A stretch of DNA of 63,144 nt, the filler included, from Octopus bimaculoides (Eukaryota), in NCBI RefSeq assembly GCF_001194135.2. It is 6 parts of 6 records of this genome, joined end to end, with 100 filler letters (N's around TTAATTAATTAA, not from the genome) between each part and the next. Parts side by side here need not be neighbours in the genome. Positions count along the whole stretch, not along the records: positions 21,138 to 38,154 come from NC_068983.1; 5 more parts are not named here. One strand, written 5' to 3'. The notes under the pieces are model-generated. The model saw only the letters and a program-made list of their open reading frames with translations. It was not told where the DNA came from and ran no database searches. Shown piece by piece: positions 23,751-37,644 of the stretch; the first letter of the stretch is position 1; the number at the start of each line of letters is the position of its first letter. The translations under genes were made by a program, and so were the position numbers.

Positions 23751-25285
23751 TGAAACAATNNNNNNNNNNNNNNNNNNNNNNNNNNNNNNNNNNNNNNNNN
23801 NNNNNNNNNNNNNNNNNNNNNNNNNNNNNNNNNNNNNNNNNNNNNNNNNNNNNNNNNNNNNNNNNNNNNNNNNNNNNNNNNNNNNNNNNNNNNNNNNNNN
23901 NNNNNNNNNNNNNNNNNNNNNNNNNNNNNNNNNNNNNNNNNNNNNNNNNNNNNNNNNNNNNNNNNNNNNNNNNNNNNNNNNNNNNNNNNNNNNNNNNNNN
24001 NNNATTTAATGTTAGTAGATACTGCTTTACCAAGCAATAATATTTCTTATGTCCTTATGTCCTCTTGTCAATTTGACTAGAAATATATGAGTTTACAAGT
24101 ATTTCATGATTCGTTCTCTTTTTCAGATTTTACAATCAAGACATTTTTTTTTACTATATATTTAAAACTAGAAACTTTTGTTCATACTTCAACATTCTAT
24201 ATTAATATCTATTACAAAAATAATGTCTTGTTTTATAGTATTCATATCGTGTATATATGTACTAAAATCGTGATACTACGGCCACCCATACATTGTATTC
24301 ACTCGCCTAACAACTTACACAAAATCATAGCGAAACACATTACAACTTACCACATACAGGTACACCAATATATACTAGTAGATAAATCAAGTGCATTCAA
24401 GTTTGACAAAAATGTTTACGGATAATCAGAAAGCTCAATAGAATGTATGCATAGAAATATTTAGATATAAGAGAGATGTACAAATGTTGCGTGGCAATTC
24501 TTTAATAATATGTACATACCATTTTCAAGATCGTACCTGTGTCTACCCCGTAGTACTTTGTCAATACTCTTATAATATTTACTGATTAGTTGAATATAAA
24601 TGTGATATGTGAATTACAAATGGAGTGATTGATACATTCCTTAGCTGTCTTCTACCCTTTGTTCAGAAGCCATGTCGATATAATTTCTTCATTTGTAGCT
24701 TGTATAATGTTGCTTAGTCGATAATTAATTGATTGATATTTGCCATGGACAGTAAAGTGAGCCTAAATACGTTCTGTTTGTTCTTTATGCTAAAATTCCA
24801 AACTTTGTTTCGAAACACATGTTATTTAGGGGCTCAATACAGACTGGCGTTATTGACACACTTCGCGATACACTGTTAGGTATTATCTCAAGAAATACTC
24901 CACTTTTTTCATTTATACTGCAGCTGTTGTGGAGTGTTCTCCTTAGATATCAAGTGTTATTGTGAGACTATAACGTGGAAGGTATTTTTTTCCTTTTTTA
25001 TTCAGGCGGGATCGCCCTTCTCCGGCGCTGTGAGGTGATTAAAAGAAACCATTATTTGTCGTTGCCAATAGGTTGGCTTGGCAAAATTGTTAGTGCGCTC
25101 GACAAAATATGTAGCGATATTTTTATTAGCACTGTGCGTTTTCAGTAAAAATACTGTCGAGGTGGATTTTGCTATTCTTTCTTCTAAGACCAATAAGATA
25201 TAGCACCGATCGAGCACCGGGTTGGATGTAGTATACTTACATTTTTCTCTCAGATTTACTGACCTTGTGTAAAAAATCAAAAACA

Positions 25286-25286
<1 letters not shown>

Positions 25287-25359
<73 letters not shown>

Positions 25360-25370
25360 CATTATTATTA
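25287..25370. repeat. (TTA)n microsatellite; another interrupted (TTA)n tract at 25740-25851
   Basis: Direct reading. Confidence 0.95.
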
Positions 25371-25732
25371 CCTCCGCCTTAGTGAAGGCGGAAGTACTGT
25401 TTTCAGTCATGTTTCTTTGTCCATGGACAAGATGTCTCAAGAAGCGCCGGATGGATTCAGATGAGACTTTCATGGATGGGGATGTTTGGGCTCGTGACCG
25501 GCACGAACTGATTAGATTTTGGGATTATCCGGTACCGGACAAGGATTCTGGATGATTTTTTCTGGTTTTTTACTTAATTTTTGAGAGCAGTTGGGTTCAT
25601 TTTTAATATTCTCATTTGTGAGAGCAGTCGAGTTTATTTCAGATATTCTCATTTTAAAAATCATCTCAGGTAATCGTCGAGAGGACGTTGGCGTTACCTT
25701 GGCGAAGGTTTGCGCTCTCTGAGTGCTCTTGT
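25370..25732 (+). mobile_element. Helentron-type non-autonomous element (HINE/DINE-1-like)
   Basis: 5' hairpin ACCTCCGCCTT-agtg-AAGGCGGAAGT; 3' subterminal repeat GGCGAAGGT (25701-09) then hairpin GCGCTC-tct-GAGTGC; T-rich flanks; partial second copy at 59467-59643. Confidence 0.65.
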
Positions 25733-25800
25733 TGTTGTTGTTATTATTATTAATTATTATTATCATTATTAATATTATTATTACCATCATCATTATTATG

Positions 25801-25851
<51 letters not shown>

Positions 25852-26960
25852 TCATTTACACACAACAAATTGCTACAAAATTTCCTAATATCGGGATACA
25901 ACACGTTACCTTAGATGCCGAGAATCTTCCTAAGTATCCTAGTTGTCAATAATAATATCGTTTTCTGGAACTGCCCTAAACTCGATTTTACGCCAAATTT
26001 CCCTATCCATGTGTTTAAATCTTTAGGAATAGTTCCTATGCACCTAATGCCTAGGTAGTGCTACTTTCTTATTTTCTCTATACCTCTCATATTGACGCTT
26101 TCATCATTTGTGACTGTAATGTCAATTTCCTGTCACTTTCTATTCTTGTCTAATAGTAGTGAATTAGGCCTTTTAGCTCCTGTTATTCTGTTAGTCTGAA
26201 TGCTAAAATCCGACTTCTTATATTTCTTACTTTCTATCACTTTTCTATGATCATATTCATACCACTTATCAACATGGTCAAATACTTGCTTTTAACATGA
26301 CTCCCAGTGGATTACTCTCTTTAGGTCGTCATGTCTTTTCCTGTATTTTTTCTGTGCAAGCATACTATATTCTCTAATTATGTAACAATTTCTTTTTTTG
26401 ATATTTATATAACGTATATTGGGAATCTGCGGGATTTTCGTCTGTTTGCATTTATCCAGTCAATCCTCAATGCCTGATCTTTTGCTGCTACTAACAGACT
26501 TACTGTTTTCTTTTTCAGCCTTCCTTTTTTCAATCACAACCATCTCTCACTATGTTCTGCAAATATCGTCGGAGACCTACTATGCAAACCTTTTCTTGCC
26601 AGTCACATACTCGTCTCGTTCGTCTTTTTCTCCGGTTTTAAGAAAAATGTTAAAGATTTACGAAAGTGACAGCAATAACAATTGTCCATTACTTACATTT
26701 GTAGGACTCTTGGATGAAGAACATACGACGCTCCCTTTCTGAGACCAAGTGTCTGATTCGAATATTTTTACAGAGTGGACACCTCTACAGAACACAATGA
26801 CGGTCGCAAACCAGTGTTAATATTATTTTTATTAGCCAAGTACAGGCTACTGTACTCATCAGCTAGATTTCTGAAAATACCCTATCGGTATATTTTCTGT
26901 CACAACGCTTCAGTAGAACCGGATAAAGAAGACAGTAGTAGCGTCTTGCTGGAGCCTCGC
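25852..26960 (-). mobile_element. R4/Dong-like non-LTR retrotransposon 3' fragment (post-RT plus RLE endonuclease), ending in (TAA)n
   Basis: Minus translations SLLVAAKDQALRIDWI, HDDLKRVIHWESC, KRPN..LLDK, IDITV.ND, KIEK, TILLLTTRILRKILGI*; many stops; 3' end runs into the TAA tract. Confidence 0.8.
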
Positions 26961-27498
26961 AATGACATCGAAAGCCTATAGATTATGGCGAGGGAAATTT
27001 CCTTATCGCACAGGTACATAGATTATTCGATAGTTAGCACATGTGCCTTCTATCATAGTAAGCAAGGAATGGATAATTAATCGCCTCAAATGATATCTGC
27101 AGCCAATCAAAATGGTATAGAGAGACAATGAAACAGAAGAGAACTATAATACTAGAATATAAATAGAACGTGTCGCACAGATGCAACATCAACGGCAACG
27201 ACAGCTGCTGTAGCAGCAGCAATAACAACAACAACAACACTACATACAGGACAGCAAAACACACATACACACACACACACACACACACATATATACACAC
27301 GCGCACATAAATGTAAGGAGAAACAAAACGACATAAGTATCATGCTTTTTCGAACTAGCACGTTAACAATGAGAATTAAATTTGGAAGAAAATAGTAAGT
27401 AGAACGATAACAACAGAAGTAAAAACGATAATGTATGTATAAAGACAAGACACAATCCAGAATTACAGCAATGACTCAGTAAATACACACACATGCAT

Positions 27499-27562
<64 letters not shown>

Positions 27563-27750
27563 CAATATTGTCGGGGTCTTTTTTCCTAGAAAACTATTAC
27601 AAAGTCACATCAATAGGTCTGTCTGTAATTACCCAGACAGACATGCCTATCGATATTTACATGAATGTTTTAAACTATTATGTTTGGCACACCACACGCA
27701 TACATATACATGTATCAGTATGTATGTATGTATGTATGTATGTATCTATG

Positions 27751-27799
<49 letters not shown>

Positions 27800-28333
27800 N
27801 NNNNNNNNNNNNNNNNNNNNNNNNNNNNNNNNNNNNNNNNNNNNNNNNNNNNNNNNNNNNNNNNNNNNNNNNNNNNNNNNNNNNNNNNNNNNNNNNNNNN
27901 NNNNNNNNNNNNNNNNNNNNNNNNNNNNNNNNNNNNNNNNNNNNNNNNNNNNNNNNNNNNNNNNNNNNNNNNNNNNNNNNNNNNNNNNNNNNNNNNNNNN
28001 NNNNNNNNNNNNNNNNNNNNNNNNNNNNNNNNNNNNNNNNNNNNNNNNNNNNNNNNNNNNNNNNNNNNNNNNNNNNNNNNNNNNNNNNNNNNNNNNNNNN
28101 NNNNNNNNNNNNNNNNNNNNNNNNNNNNNNNNNNNNNNNNNNNNNNNNNNNNNNNNNNNNNNNNNNNNNNNNNNNNNNNNNNNNNNNNNNNNNNNNNNNN
28201 NNNNNNNNNNNNNNNNNNNNNNNNNNNNNNNNNNNNNNNNNNNNNNNNNNNNNNNNNNNNNNNNNNNNNNNNNNNNNNNNNNNNNNNNNNNNNNNNNNNN
28301 NNNNNNNNNNNNNNNNNNNNNNNNNNNNNNNNN

Positions 28334-28366
<33 letters not shown>

Positions 28367-30389
28367 TAATGTACATATATATAAATTTATGCATCCTCAT
28401 AGATGCATTTATCAGATTTTAGAAATTTTTTATATTATCTAAAGGTTTCATGTCACTTTTATGTTGAAACTGAAACAATTGCCACGAACTAGAGATTATC
28501 CCATCCACTTAAGACATACTCTGGATTAAATAAACACGGGTGTTCACTGCGTAAGAAAATGAGCCTAGGATGTCACGGATGCCTTTACACAAACACCGCT
28601 ATTTAATGGATAGAGCTCAGAAATAAATACTAAATAACCTTAGGTAAGAAAGTTCATTATTAAAACCAGTAGATCTTTCAATGAAGTTCCTTACAATGTT
28701 ACTTCCAGCTGGTTATATTTAGTGCCCGATTTTGGTTTCCATCCTTTCAATAACGAAAAAGTAAGGTTCTTTTCTTTTGTTTACATTTACATTTTGTTTA
28801 CATTTTGTTTACATTACAATCTTGTTTATTAAGGCGTGGAGCTCACGTCGTATATATTTTTTCAAATATATGTAATTATATTTTGTTTATACGCATTGCG
28901 ACACGGATTTTACTTTAACATGCATGTATGCATACATTTCATACGCAAATATAAAGCCGCATAGAAAAAATATGACTTCAAACGGAAGTATAATTAAAAC
29001 AAATAGACCTAATTCAAAAGCGCTGAAGTCCATGCAGACATGCGATTCTGCGTAAGAAGTTCGTATTGTGGTCACGTGCTTATTTCTTCTGTGCTGAATC
29101 TTGGACATATGACTTTTGTTGTAGCAACAAGTTGACCAATAATTGTTGGGGGAACTCCATAGACGCAAGTTGCACGAAAGCCCGAATCCTTAATATATAT
29201 ATATANNNNNNNNNNNNNNNNNNNNNNNNNNNNNNNNNNNNNNNNNNNNNNNNNNNNNNNNNNNNNNNNNNNNNNNNNNNNNNNNNNNNNNNNNNNNNNN
29301 NNNNNNNNNNNNNNNNNNNNNNNNNNNNNNNNNNNNNNNNNNNNNNNNNNNNNNNNNNNNNNNNNNNNNNNNNNNNNNNNNNNNNNNNNNNNNNNNNNNN
29401 NNNNNNNNNNNNNNNNNNNNNNNNNNNNNNNNNNNNNNNNNNNNNNNNNNNNNNNNNNNNNNNNNNNNNNNNNNNNNNNNNNNNNNNNNNNNNNNNNNNN
29501 NNNNNNNNNNNNNNNNNNNNNNNNNNNNNNNNNNNNNNNNNNNNNNNNNNNNNNNNNNNNNNNNNNNNNNNNNNNNNNNNNNNNNNNNNNNNNNNNNNNN
29601 NNNNNNNNNNNNNNNNNNNNNNNNNNNNNNNNNNNNNNNNNNNNNNNNNNNNNNNNNNNNNNNNNNNNNNNNNNNNNNNNNNACATACAGATTAAATCAT
29701 AAAATAATCCTTGTGCTTATGAAGTTGAAAACTTTTACTAGACAGAAAGAAAAACACGCACACATAAAAATTCATATATGTTTGTATATAAGCATACATA
29801 ATTGTGTTTTGACTCTGTCGACGGATTTGTTTATATGTCTGACAACCGTGCCTATAAAAAACTTGAGTCAAATCATTCCATATATACAGGACAATAAATT
29901 ACATATCAATTTCCATAAATACTGGCTCGAATTCGATTTAATTAAACCACTGCGGATATGCATGCAAGTTTCACCTAAATAAGCCGAAATTATAGTAAAA
30001 CATATCTGACCCCAAATTTTTAAATTATGGTTGGTTGCGTACATTTATATATGTATAACGTTGAATGAATATAGTTGGATGGGGATACTAAAATACATAT
30101 ATTGATTACTGTTTGGTTTGAGGAGACACCGATGTGGGAAGAGCCAGAATTGATATTTTGTAGCGCAAATATATTGAATGTGACAGTTTCAGGCCTTCAT
30201 TAAAAAAGAGACCAGGCCATACATTTCCATTCGGGGATTCCTGATGATTACTTGATCTAGATCTGCATCTCTAGCATGAAAATGTTTAGTAATTTGTTTA
30301 TTATAGAAATATATAATATTGAAAGCTTAACAATTAGCGTTACAAAGTTTAGTACAATTCAAACAATTAAAGCTGGAGGAGGAAAGACG

Positions 30390-30515
30390 ATGATATCGGC
30401 CCCAGTACTAGACGAGTATCTTATTGCACCAGTAAGAATAAAAGACAATGGTAGCCTTGGCGGAATTTGAACTCAAAACATACAGAACCGGAAAAATGCT
30501 GCTAATCATTTTTGT
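30390..30515 (-). mobile_element. Degenerate family B SINE
   Basis: ccccagtactagacgagtatc...ccttggcggaatttgaactcaaaac. Confidence 0.6.
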
Positions 30516-32878
30516 ATGAATTGCTAAGTATTTATCCACCAATCCACCTTAATACATACAGACATACATGCATGCATGCATATCAACATAAACATATATA
30601 TAAATTATATATGGATATNNNNNNNNNNNNNNNNNNNNNNNNNNNNNNNNNNNNNNNNNNNNNNNNNNNNNNNNNNNNNNNNNNNNNNNNNNNNNNNNNN
30701 NNNNNNNNNNNNNNNNNNNNNNNNNNNNNNNNNNNNNNNNNNNNNNNNNNNNNNNNNNNNNNNNNNNNNNNNNNNNNNNNNNNNNNNNNNNNNNNNNNNN
30801 NNNNNNNNNNNNNNNNNNNNNNNNNNNNNNNNNNNNNNNNNNNNNNNNNNNNNNNNNNNNNNNNNNNNNNNNNNNNNNNNNNNNNNNNNNNNNNNNNNNN
30901 NNNNNNNNNNNNNNNNNNNNNNNNNNNNNNNNNNNNNNNNNNNNNNNNNNNNNNNNNNNNNNNNNNNNNNNNNNNNNNNNNNNNNNNNNNNNNNNNNNNN
31001 NNNNNNNNNNNNNNNNNNNNNNNNNNNNNNNNNNNNNNNNNNNNNNNNNNNNNNNNNNNNNNNNNNNNNNNNNNNNNNNNNNNNNNNNNNNNNNNNNNNN
31101 NNNNNNNNNNNNNNNNNNNNNNNNNNNNNNNNNNNNNNNNNNNNNNNNNNNNNNNNNNNNNNNNNNNNNNNNNNNNNNNNNNNNNNNNNNNNNNNNNNNN
31201 NNNNNNNNNNNNNNNNNNNNNNNNNNNNNNNNCAAAAAAACAAAAAAACAACAAGGTGAGGACGTGATATGGATAGTATTATTGGACGCTCAGGAAAGGA
31301 AAGATATATATATATAAATATATACATACATTGACTTAAAGATAACGCTTTCACATGATATATTGTATCTGGATAGCTATTATTAGATCGCCTTTCAAGA
31401 ATCAATTGATTATAAATACAATCTTTAGTGTGAATAGAAATATTCTGAATACTTGGAATTTTATAATAAGACAACGGACATATACAATCTCAAGAATTTT
31501 TTCATCGTTCCCATGCATTTGCAGGTTGAAGTGTTTCATTAATATGGATTTATCAGCTCAATATCCGAGATTTGTACATTTAATACAGACATTGTTAATT
31601 TTCAAACAGGAGACACCATTATTCTTCCAGTTGTATAAGTTTATAGAAATGTATCTTCTATTTCATAAAACTTCTTGAAACGTAATATTTTAAATGAAAA
31701 CGTTAGTAATCATTCTGTGGGCCAATATATTATTTGTCACTGAATACACAAGATTAAAATAAGCATTAAACTCACAGTAGTTTGCAGTGCTAGAATAATA
31801 TGAAACTATTCTCTAAAGAAATTATATCGTCACTTCGAATAACAAACACAACAATATATTTAAAAACTAGTTCTGATGAGATTTGAGACTGAGTGTCAAT
31901 AGTATTTGGTACCAGTTTTATTACTTGCAATACAATTTACCATAAATCGAAATAAATCAAAGCTAGTTCCCCCAATAAATAAATCTGGTGTCAAGATTAT
32001 TTACATTGTACATTTTAAGATGTATGTAGACAAATATAGAAACTTATAGAAACTCCTCTGCAGATTTAAACACCACTTGTTTGGTGGTGTTCTTTAGTTT
32101 TCCTATTGGCTTCAACTGGATGATTATGATGATGTGTCTATGGCATTGAAATCTCTACGTTTGTTGTTGATTTTACTTTTGATGTATCTTGTTGATAATG
32201 GTCTAGCTTTTGTGCAATAACTGACAACTGAGGGGGCGAATAGCGTCGAATTACTTTAGAGAGAACAAGGTACATACGACGGACCCAGTAGTCCAGATAT
32301 ATGGTGCTTCTCCTATTCGAAGACGACCTAGCACTTTAATGACAATTTGTAGCCTTGGATATTGATGTACAGGAAACATAGGGATCCTCACATTCACAAG
32401 CAAAGAAATTTTATTCACTACTTCGTTTTTTTAACACGAAGAAAATAAATCTGAAAATCGGCTTTAATAATTCAGCCTTCCAGTCTCATTGTTTTGACGG
32501 TATTATGTTGTGGAGAAGCAAAATTGGAGAAAAAAGTTTACAGAAGTTTGAAAATCGAAAAACTGGGTATTTTTAGTCAATAGCAAGATAGAAGTTTTCT
32601 GAGTTTAGCGGAGCGGTTTCAGCTTCAAGGTTGTACCCTGTAAAATGTATAGTGTAGCGTCTGATCTGTCCATTGTATGTTTCTAAATAAAAAGAAATAC
32701 CTAATAGAATCAACACGTATCATCTTACTGTTTCATTTGTCTCTTCATTGATTGTATTTTTTAATCATTTTTCAAAATTTGTTACATTAATATATTTGTC
32801 TGCACGTGTTTACTTTATGCGTATTTCAGTATGTCGTATACCTGTTGTGTATTTGTGTACATAATTAATATATAAGTG

Positions 32879-32922
<44 letters not shown>

Positions 32923-33321
32923 TGTGTGTGTGAAAAGGAGGCGTCTGTCTCAAAAACTCCAAAGCTAAGTAATGAATGTTTTCATGCTTGGATTTGTAAA
33001 CTGCGATAAGAATAACACTGGTCAACAAAGGATTTGTCCCTAGGAAAAGTATACCTGTTTTTCCATGAAAAATTCAAAAATTATATCAAATTATCTGTAT
33101 CACCCACAGTTTCTCTGTTCCAGGATATCCCTACTCCTAATTTAATTTTTTTATGAATAGAATTAACCTAGTGAAATCATAAATCAATGAGTCCCAAAAA
33201 AATATGAAATGAAAAATATCTACAAATACTAACAAACAGGAGCACAGAAAAATATGTAAAATGCTAACAGAAAAATTTTAACAAATCACGCGGGTGAAAA
33301 GAATCTCGGGGTGTGAAACAT

Positions 33322-33440
33322 CAAGTATTATTTCTTTACTACCCACAAGGGGCTATACACAGAGGGGAACAAACAAGGACAGACAAACGGATTAAGTCGA
33401 TTATACCCACCCCAGTGCGTAACTGGTACTTATTTAATCG
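33322..33440 (-). mobile_element. Family B SINE 3' tail (rest in gap)
   Basis: tatttctttactacccacaaggggctatacacagaggggaacaaacaaggacagacaaacggattaagtcg, same tail as 60290-60400. Confidence 0.85.
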
Positions 33441-34388
33441 NNNNNNNNNNNNNNNNNNNNNNNNNNNNNNNNNNNNNNNNNNNNNNNNNNNNNNNNNNNN
33501 NNNNNNNNNNNNNNNNNNNNNNNNNNNNNNNNNNNNNNNNNNNNNNNNNNNNNNNNNNNNNNNNNNNNNNNNNNNNNNNNNNNNNNNNNNNNNNNNNNNN
33601 NNNNNNNNNNNNNNNNNNNNNNNNNNNNNNNNNNNNNNNNNNNNNNNNNNNNNNNNNNNNNNNNNNNNNNNNNNNNNNNNNNNNNNNNNNNNNNNNNNNN
33701 NNNNNNNNNNNNNNNNNNNNNNNNNNNNNNNNNNNNNNNNNNNNNNNNNNNNNNNNNNNNNNNNNNNNNNNNNNNNNNNNNNNNNNNNNNNNNNNNNNNN
33801 NNNNNNNNNNNNNNNNNNNNNNNNNNNNNNNNNNNNNNNNNNNNNNNNNNNNNNNNNNNNNNNNNNNNNNNNNNNNNNNNNNNNNNNNNNNNNNNNNNNN
33901 NNNNNNNNNNNNNNNNNNNNNNNNNNNNNNNNNNNNNNNNNNNNNNNNNNNNNNNNNNNNNNNNNNNNNNNNNNNNNNNNNNNNNNNNNNNNNNNNNNNN
34001 NNNNNNNNNNNNNNNNNNNNNNNNNNNNNNNNNNNNNNNNNNNNNNNNNNNNNNNNNNNNNNNNNNNNNNNNNNNNNNNNNNNNNNNNNNNNNNNNNNNN
34101 NNNNNNNNNNNNNNNNNNNNNNNNNNNNNNNNNNNNNNNNNNNNNNNNNNNNNNNNNNNNNNNNNNNNNNNNNNNNNNNNNNNNNNNNNNNNNNNNNNNN
34201 NNNNNNNNNNNNNNNNNNNNNNNNNNNNNNNNNNNNNNNNNNNNNNNNNNNNNNNNNNNNNNNNNNNNNNNNNNNNNNNNNNNNNNNNNNNNNNNNNNNN
34301 NNNNNNNNNNNNNNNNNNNNNNNNNNNNNNNNNNNNNNNNNNNNNNNNNNNNNNNNNNNNNNNNNNNNNNNNNNNNNNNNNNNNNNNN

Positions 34389-34432
<44 letters not shown>

Positions 34433-36297
34433 AAAGAGAGAAGGAAAATTAGAGAGTGAAACAGAAAGAGGGAAGGAGGGACAAAGAAAAAGAGAGAGTA
34501 ATGTTCTCAAAAACAATGACTAATTGAAGTTGACATCTTGAACTTTAATTAAGCATCAACGGGCTGAATACATCGATACAATACAATTGAAGCCTTTTCT
34601 TTTCCCTCTGTTTCTTCTTTCATTTCTTACTCTTTCATTCTCGTCCGCGTTCCTGTCTTTCTCTCCCCCTTTCTTCAAAAAACATAATTGACTTCTTGAA
34701 ATGTCATTAACATCAGTCACTTGCGGAAAAGCTACAATCCGCAGACCATCACCAAGTATAACAATAAAAGCCATCTCACAGAAGTGAACATAAAAAGACC
34801 TTCTGGCATCCTTCCTTTCTTCCTTCCTTTCTTTGATTCTTCTTTTCGTTCTCTCTTCCTTTTTCCCTTCCTTCCTTTCTTTCTTAATTCAGTTTCACTC
34901 ATGCTATGCCGCACAGTACAATATACACATTGTATATAGGTGTATCAGTGTGTGTATGTGTGTGTACGTGCGTGTGCGTTCGTACACGCGTGCGTATATA
35001 TATAAAGAATATATATGCATGTATACACACACATATGTACATACTTACATCTACATGTGTATATAGATGTATATCAGGATACAGGACGTTAGAACAATGA
35101 ACTACAGACAACGGAACGAACACATAGGAAAACAAATAGCCACTTGGAATTAATCCTTCGTCAGCTGCCTCTATTCTAACTAGACGCATGCATGTATGTA
35201 AGTAAATATTAGAATGATTGAGGGGTTACTGAGAATGTAAACATATTTCTGCATCCGGCACGAGTATATTTGCGGAACAAAATGTCTTCTGACGGACGCA
35301 GAGCCTTCAATAAAAGTGATCCACACAGAAACTCTAGCCAATTTCATTCACCAGGCAATAGTTCAGATCAGATCTTTATAAAACTACTTGAAATTTAAGT
35401 TATATTAAAGAATGGCTTAATTTGAATATTTGTGCTTGTCATTAATTAAACAATGACAACTGTTGCACAATATATCGTAAATCAGAAGAACAGAATGAAA
35501 TTTAAACATTAGACCAATGTCGATGAGCAATACTACACAATCGTTTTTTTTTCTCCTTCCTTGTGGTATAAAAAATGTTTCCAATCTTAGTTAACTCACT
35601 CTGCAACTTTCAGGTATTTAAATTTAAACCCGTTCTCCTGATTTACGGTGTGTTTTGCATAAATAGATTAGCACTAGCATGGTGCTTATCTAAATCTTGA
35701 CGCCTTTATCTTGACCCCTAAACATCAACAGTATAAAAAGCATATATTAGCATAATTATCTCACAGCATGGCATCCAAATAATTACTTCAGTCTCTCTGT
35801 CTCTGTCTCTTTATATCATATTATATTATATTATATCATATATATGTATTTATAGAAAACATATGTAGATATGTTGGAGTTAGGAAATCAATATTCGAAG
35901 CGTTCAAAAGGAAATATATTTTTTATATCACATATTTTTTGCCTTAACTCCAACATATCTACATATGTTTATATATATATATATGGGAGTGGGGGCAGAG
36001 TGTTCTGGGTAAATTTGACAGTTTGCATAAATGTAAAATAAAATAAAAATATGTGTCTGAGGAGCTGAAACGTTGATTGAAACACTGACCTGGTGACATT
36101 GACATACATATATACATACGTATATGTGTTTGAGTGCGTGCGTGTGTGTATGCATGCGTGCGTATGAATACAGCCCGTTGAGCATAAATTCAAGTTTGCA
36201 CAAAAGGAAAAGAAAGCACATTTTTCTATCTGAAATTAAAAGTATTTTTTTAAAAATCGAAAAATATCAACTTGATGTGGTTGGGAAATAACAGATT

Positions 36298-36715
36298 ATT
36301 CAAAATAAGCCCTCTCACTTAAATACCTTTGCAGCCTCAAGGCGGATCTGGAACTTTGCGCATGCACCCATCTCGGTGTCCCCGGAATGTTCTCTGGTCT
36401 TGGCCACCAGCTCGGCCTTGATATTGTAGCCTTAATGTTGCATGCGTTGCGTTCGACGCGTTTCTCAGTTGTGCCTTACGCACAGTGATACATGTCATGT
36501 AAATCTGGGGAATTAGATGGTAAGAAAGCAAGGCTGGTCAAGTTGGAGGAGTTCCTCTCGACATCAACTTTTGATACTTACTCGAGATATATGGAACCGG
36601 GTTCTGCTGCCTCACATTTGGCCTTCCGACAACAACCGTTTCCAGCCAGGGTTTGACTGCAGTCTCCAGCAGCTTCATATCTCTGTTCCGAATTGTGTCA
36701 AAGGCGGGTGAATTA
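36298..36715 (-). mobile_element. Tc1/mariner transposase C-terminal relic, maT (DD37D)-like
   Basis: Minus: LLETAVKPWLETVVVGRPNVRQQNPVP, remnant of WPPNSPD, RFRIRLEA and GYFE*; frameshifted and partly deleted, so D-D spacing cannot be counted. Confidence 0.65.
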
Positions 36716-37605
36716 GTTCCTGCTAGCCCCGGCTTCATAGCATCTGTTGCTGCTGTCTATGTCACATCTTACATCCATTAGAGTATTCACAAATTACTCA
36801 GTTGCACTGAAATTGTTTATATTTGAAACTCGGCGCAAATCGTCATGATAGAGTTAAATTTCTTCCATTATTAAGATTGCTTCCAGTCCTCCATGTTAGT
36901 CTTAAGATTGCTTCGAGTCCTCCATGTTTGTTAACATTTTCTCAACTACTACTTTAATCTTCATTTTCTCCAACGCCTTTGTGTGTTTCTCAAGCTGATA
37001 CATCAAGCTGATCCTTCAAAAACGAGACATAAACAATGCTAAATTTATACTGAACACCATGTGTGTTATGTGCGCTCTACTTTATCTCTGCGTATTTCTG
37101 TATATTTTAACCAACAACGTATGTAATTTTGAAATGTATGCACATTGCCTTTACATAATATAACGTCATGGACCGAAAATACGAAAAGAAATGCAATTCT
37201 GCAATTATTTGTTGAAATCCTGAACTGGGATTTCTTCAACGGCCGATCATTCTTTTTAATTGTTCAGAGAGTTATGGTTTATATATGCACTAAAACTAAA
37301 ATTTGAATTAAATTGGAAAACAGATTTGCATATATAAAATATTCTTGGCAGATGCCTCGATTGATAAAGTGCCTAAAAATTAACAACGTTGGTTTTCAAT
37401 TCTACACTGCACTGCAGAGTATGTCTGTACAATTTTGCCAAATATATATATAGAGAGAGATATACATATAAAAGGAAATGTATGTAATATATAATTTTTC
37501 TGAATCTTCAGATTTTAATATGTTAGGCCACTGGTTCTAAATTGATATTAATGAAATTAATATTAAATTTTTCAACCTTATTATTTAAATTTATATAGAT
37601 AGATG

Positions 37606-37644
<39 letters not shown>

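Noticed and set aside
35070-35190. Possible hammerhead on minus (CTGACGA followed by a hairpin-like segment)
   Set aside because: No GAAA or stem III can be found; at most a truncated Penelope-like terminal remnant.
35668-35695. 11-bp hairpin tagattagcac/gtgcttatcta as a miRNA
   Set aside because: Stem too short for a pre-miRNA.
36872-36928. ~29-bp direct repeat pair (also small duplications at 1859, 28780 and 52228)
   Set aside because: Two-copy slippage duplications without spacers or associated genes.
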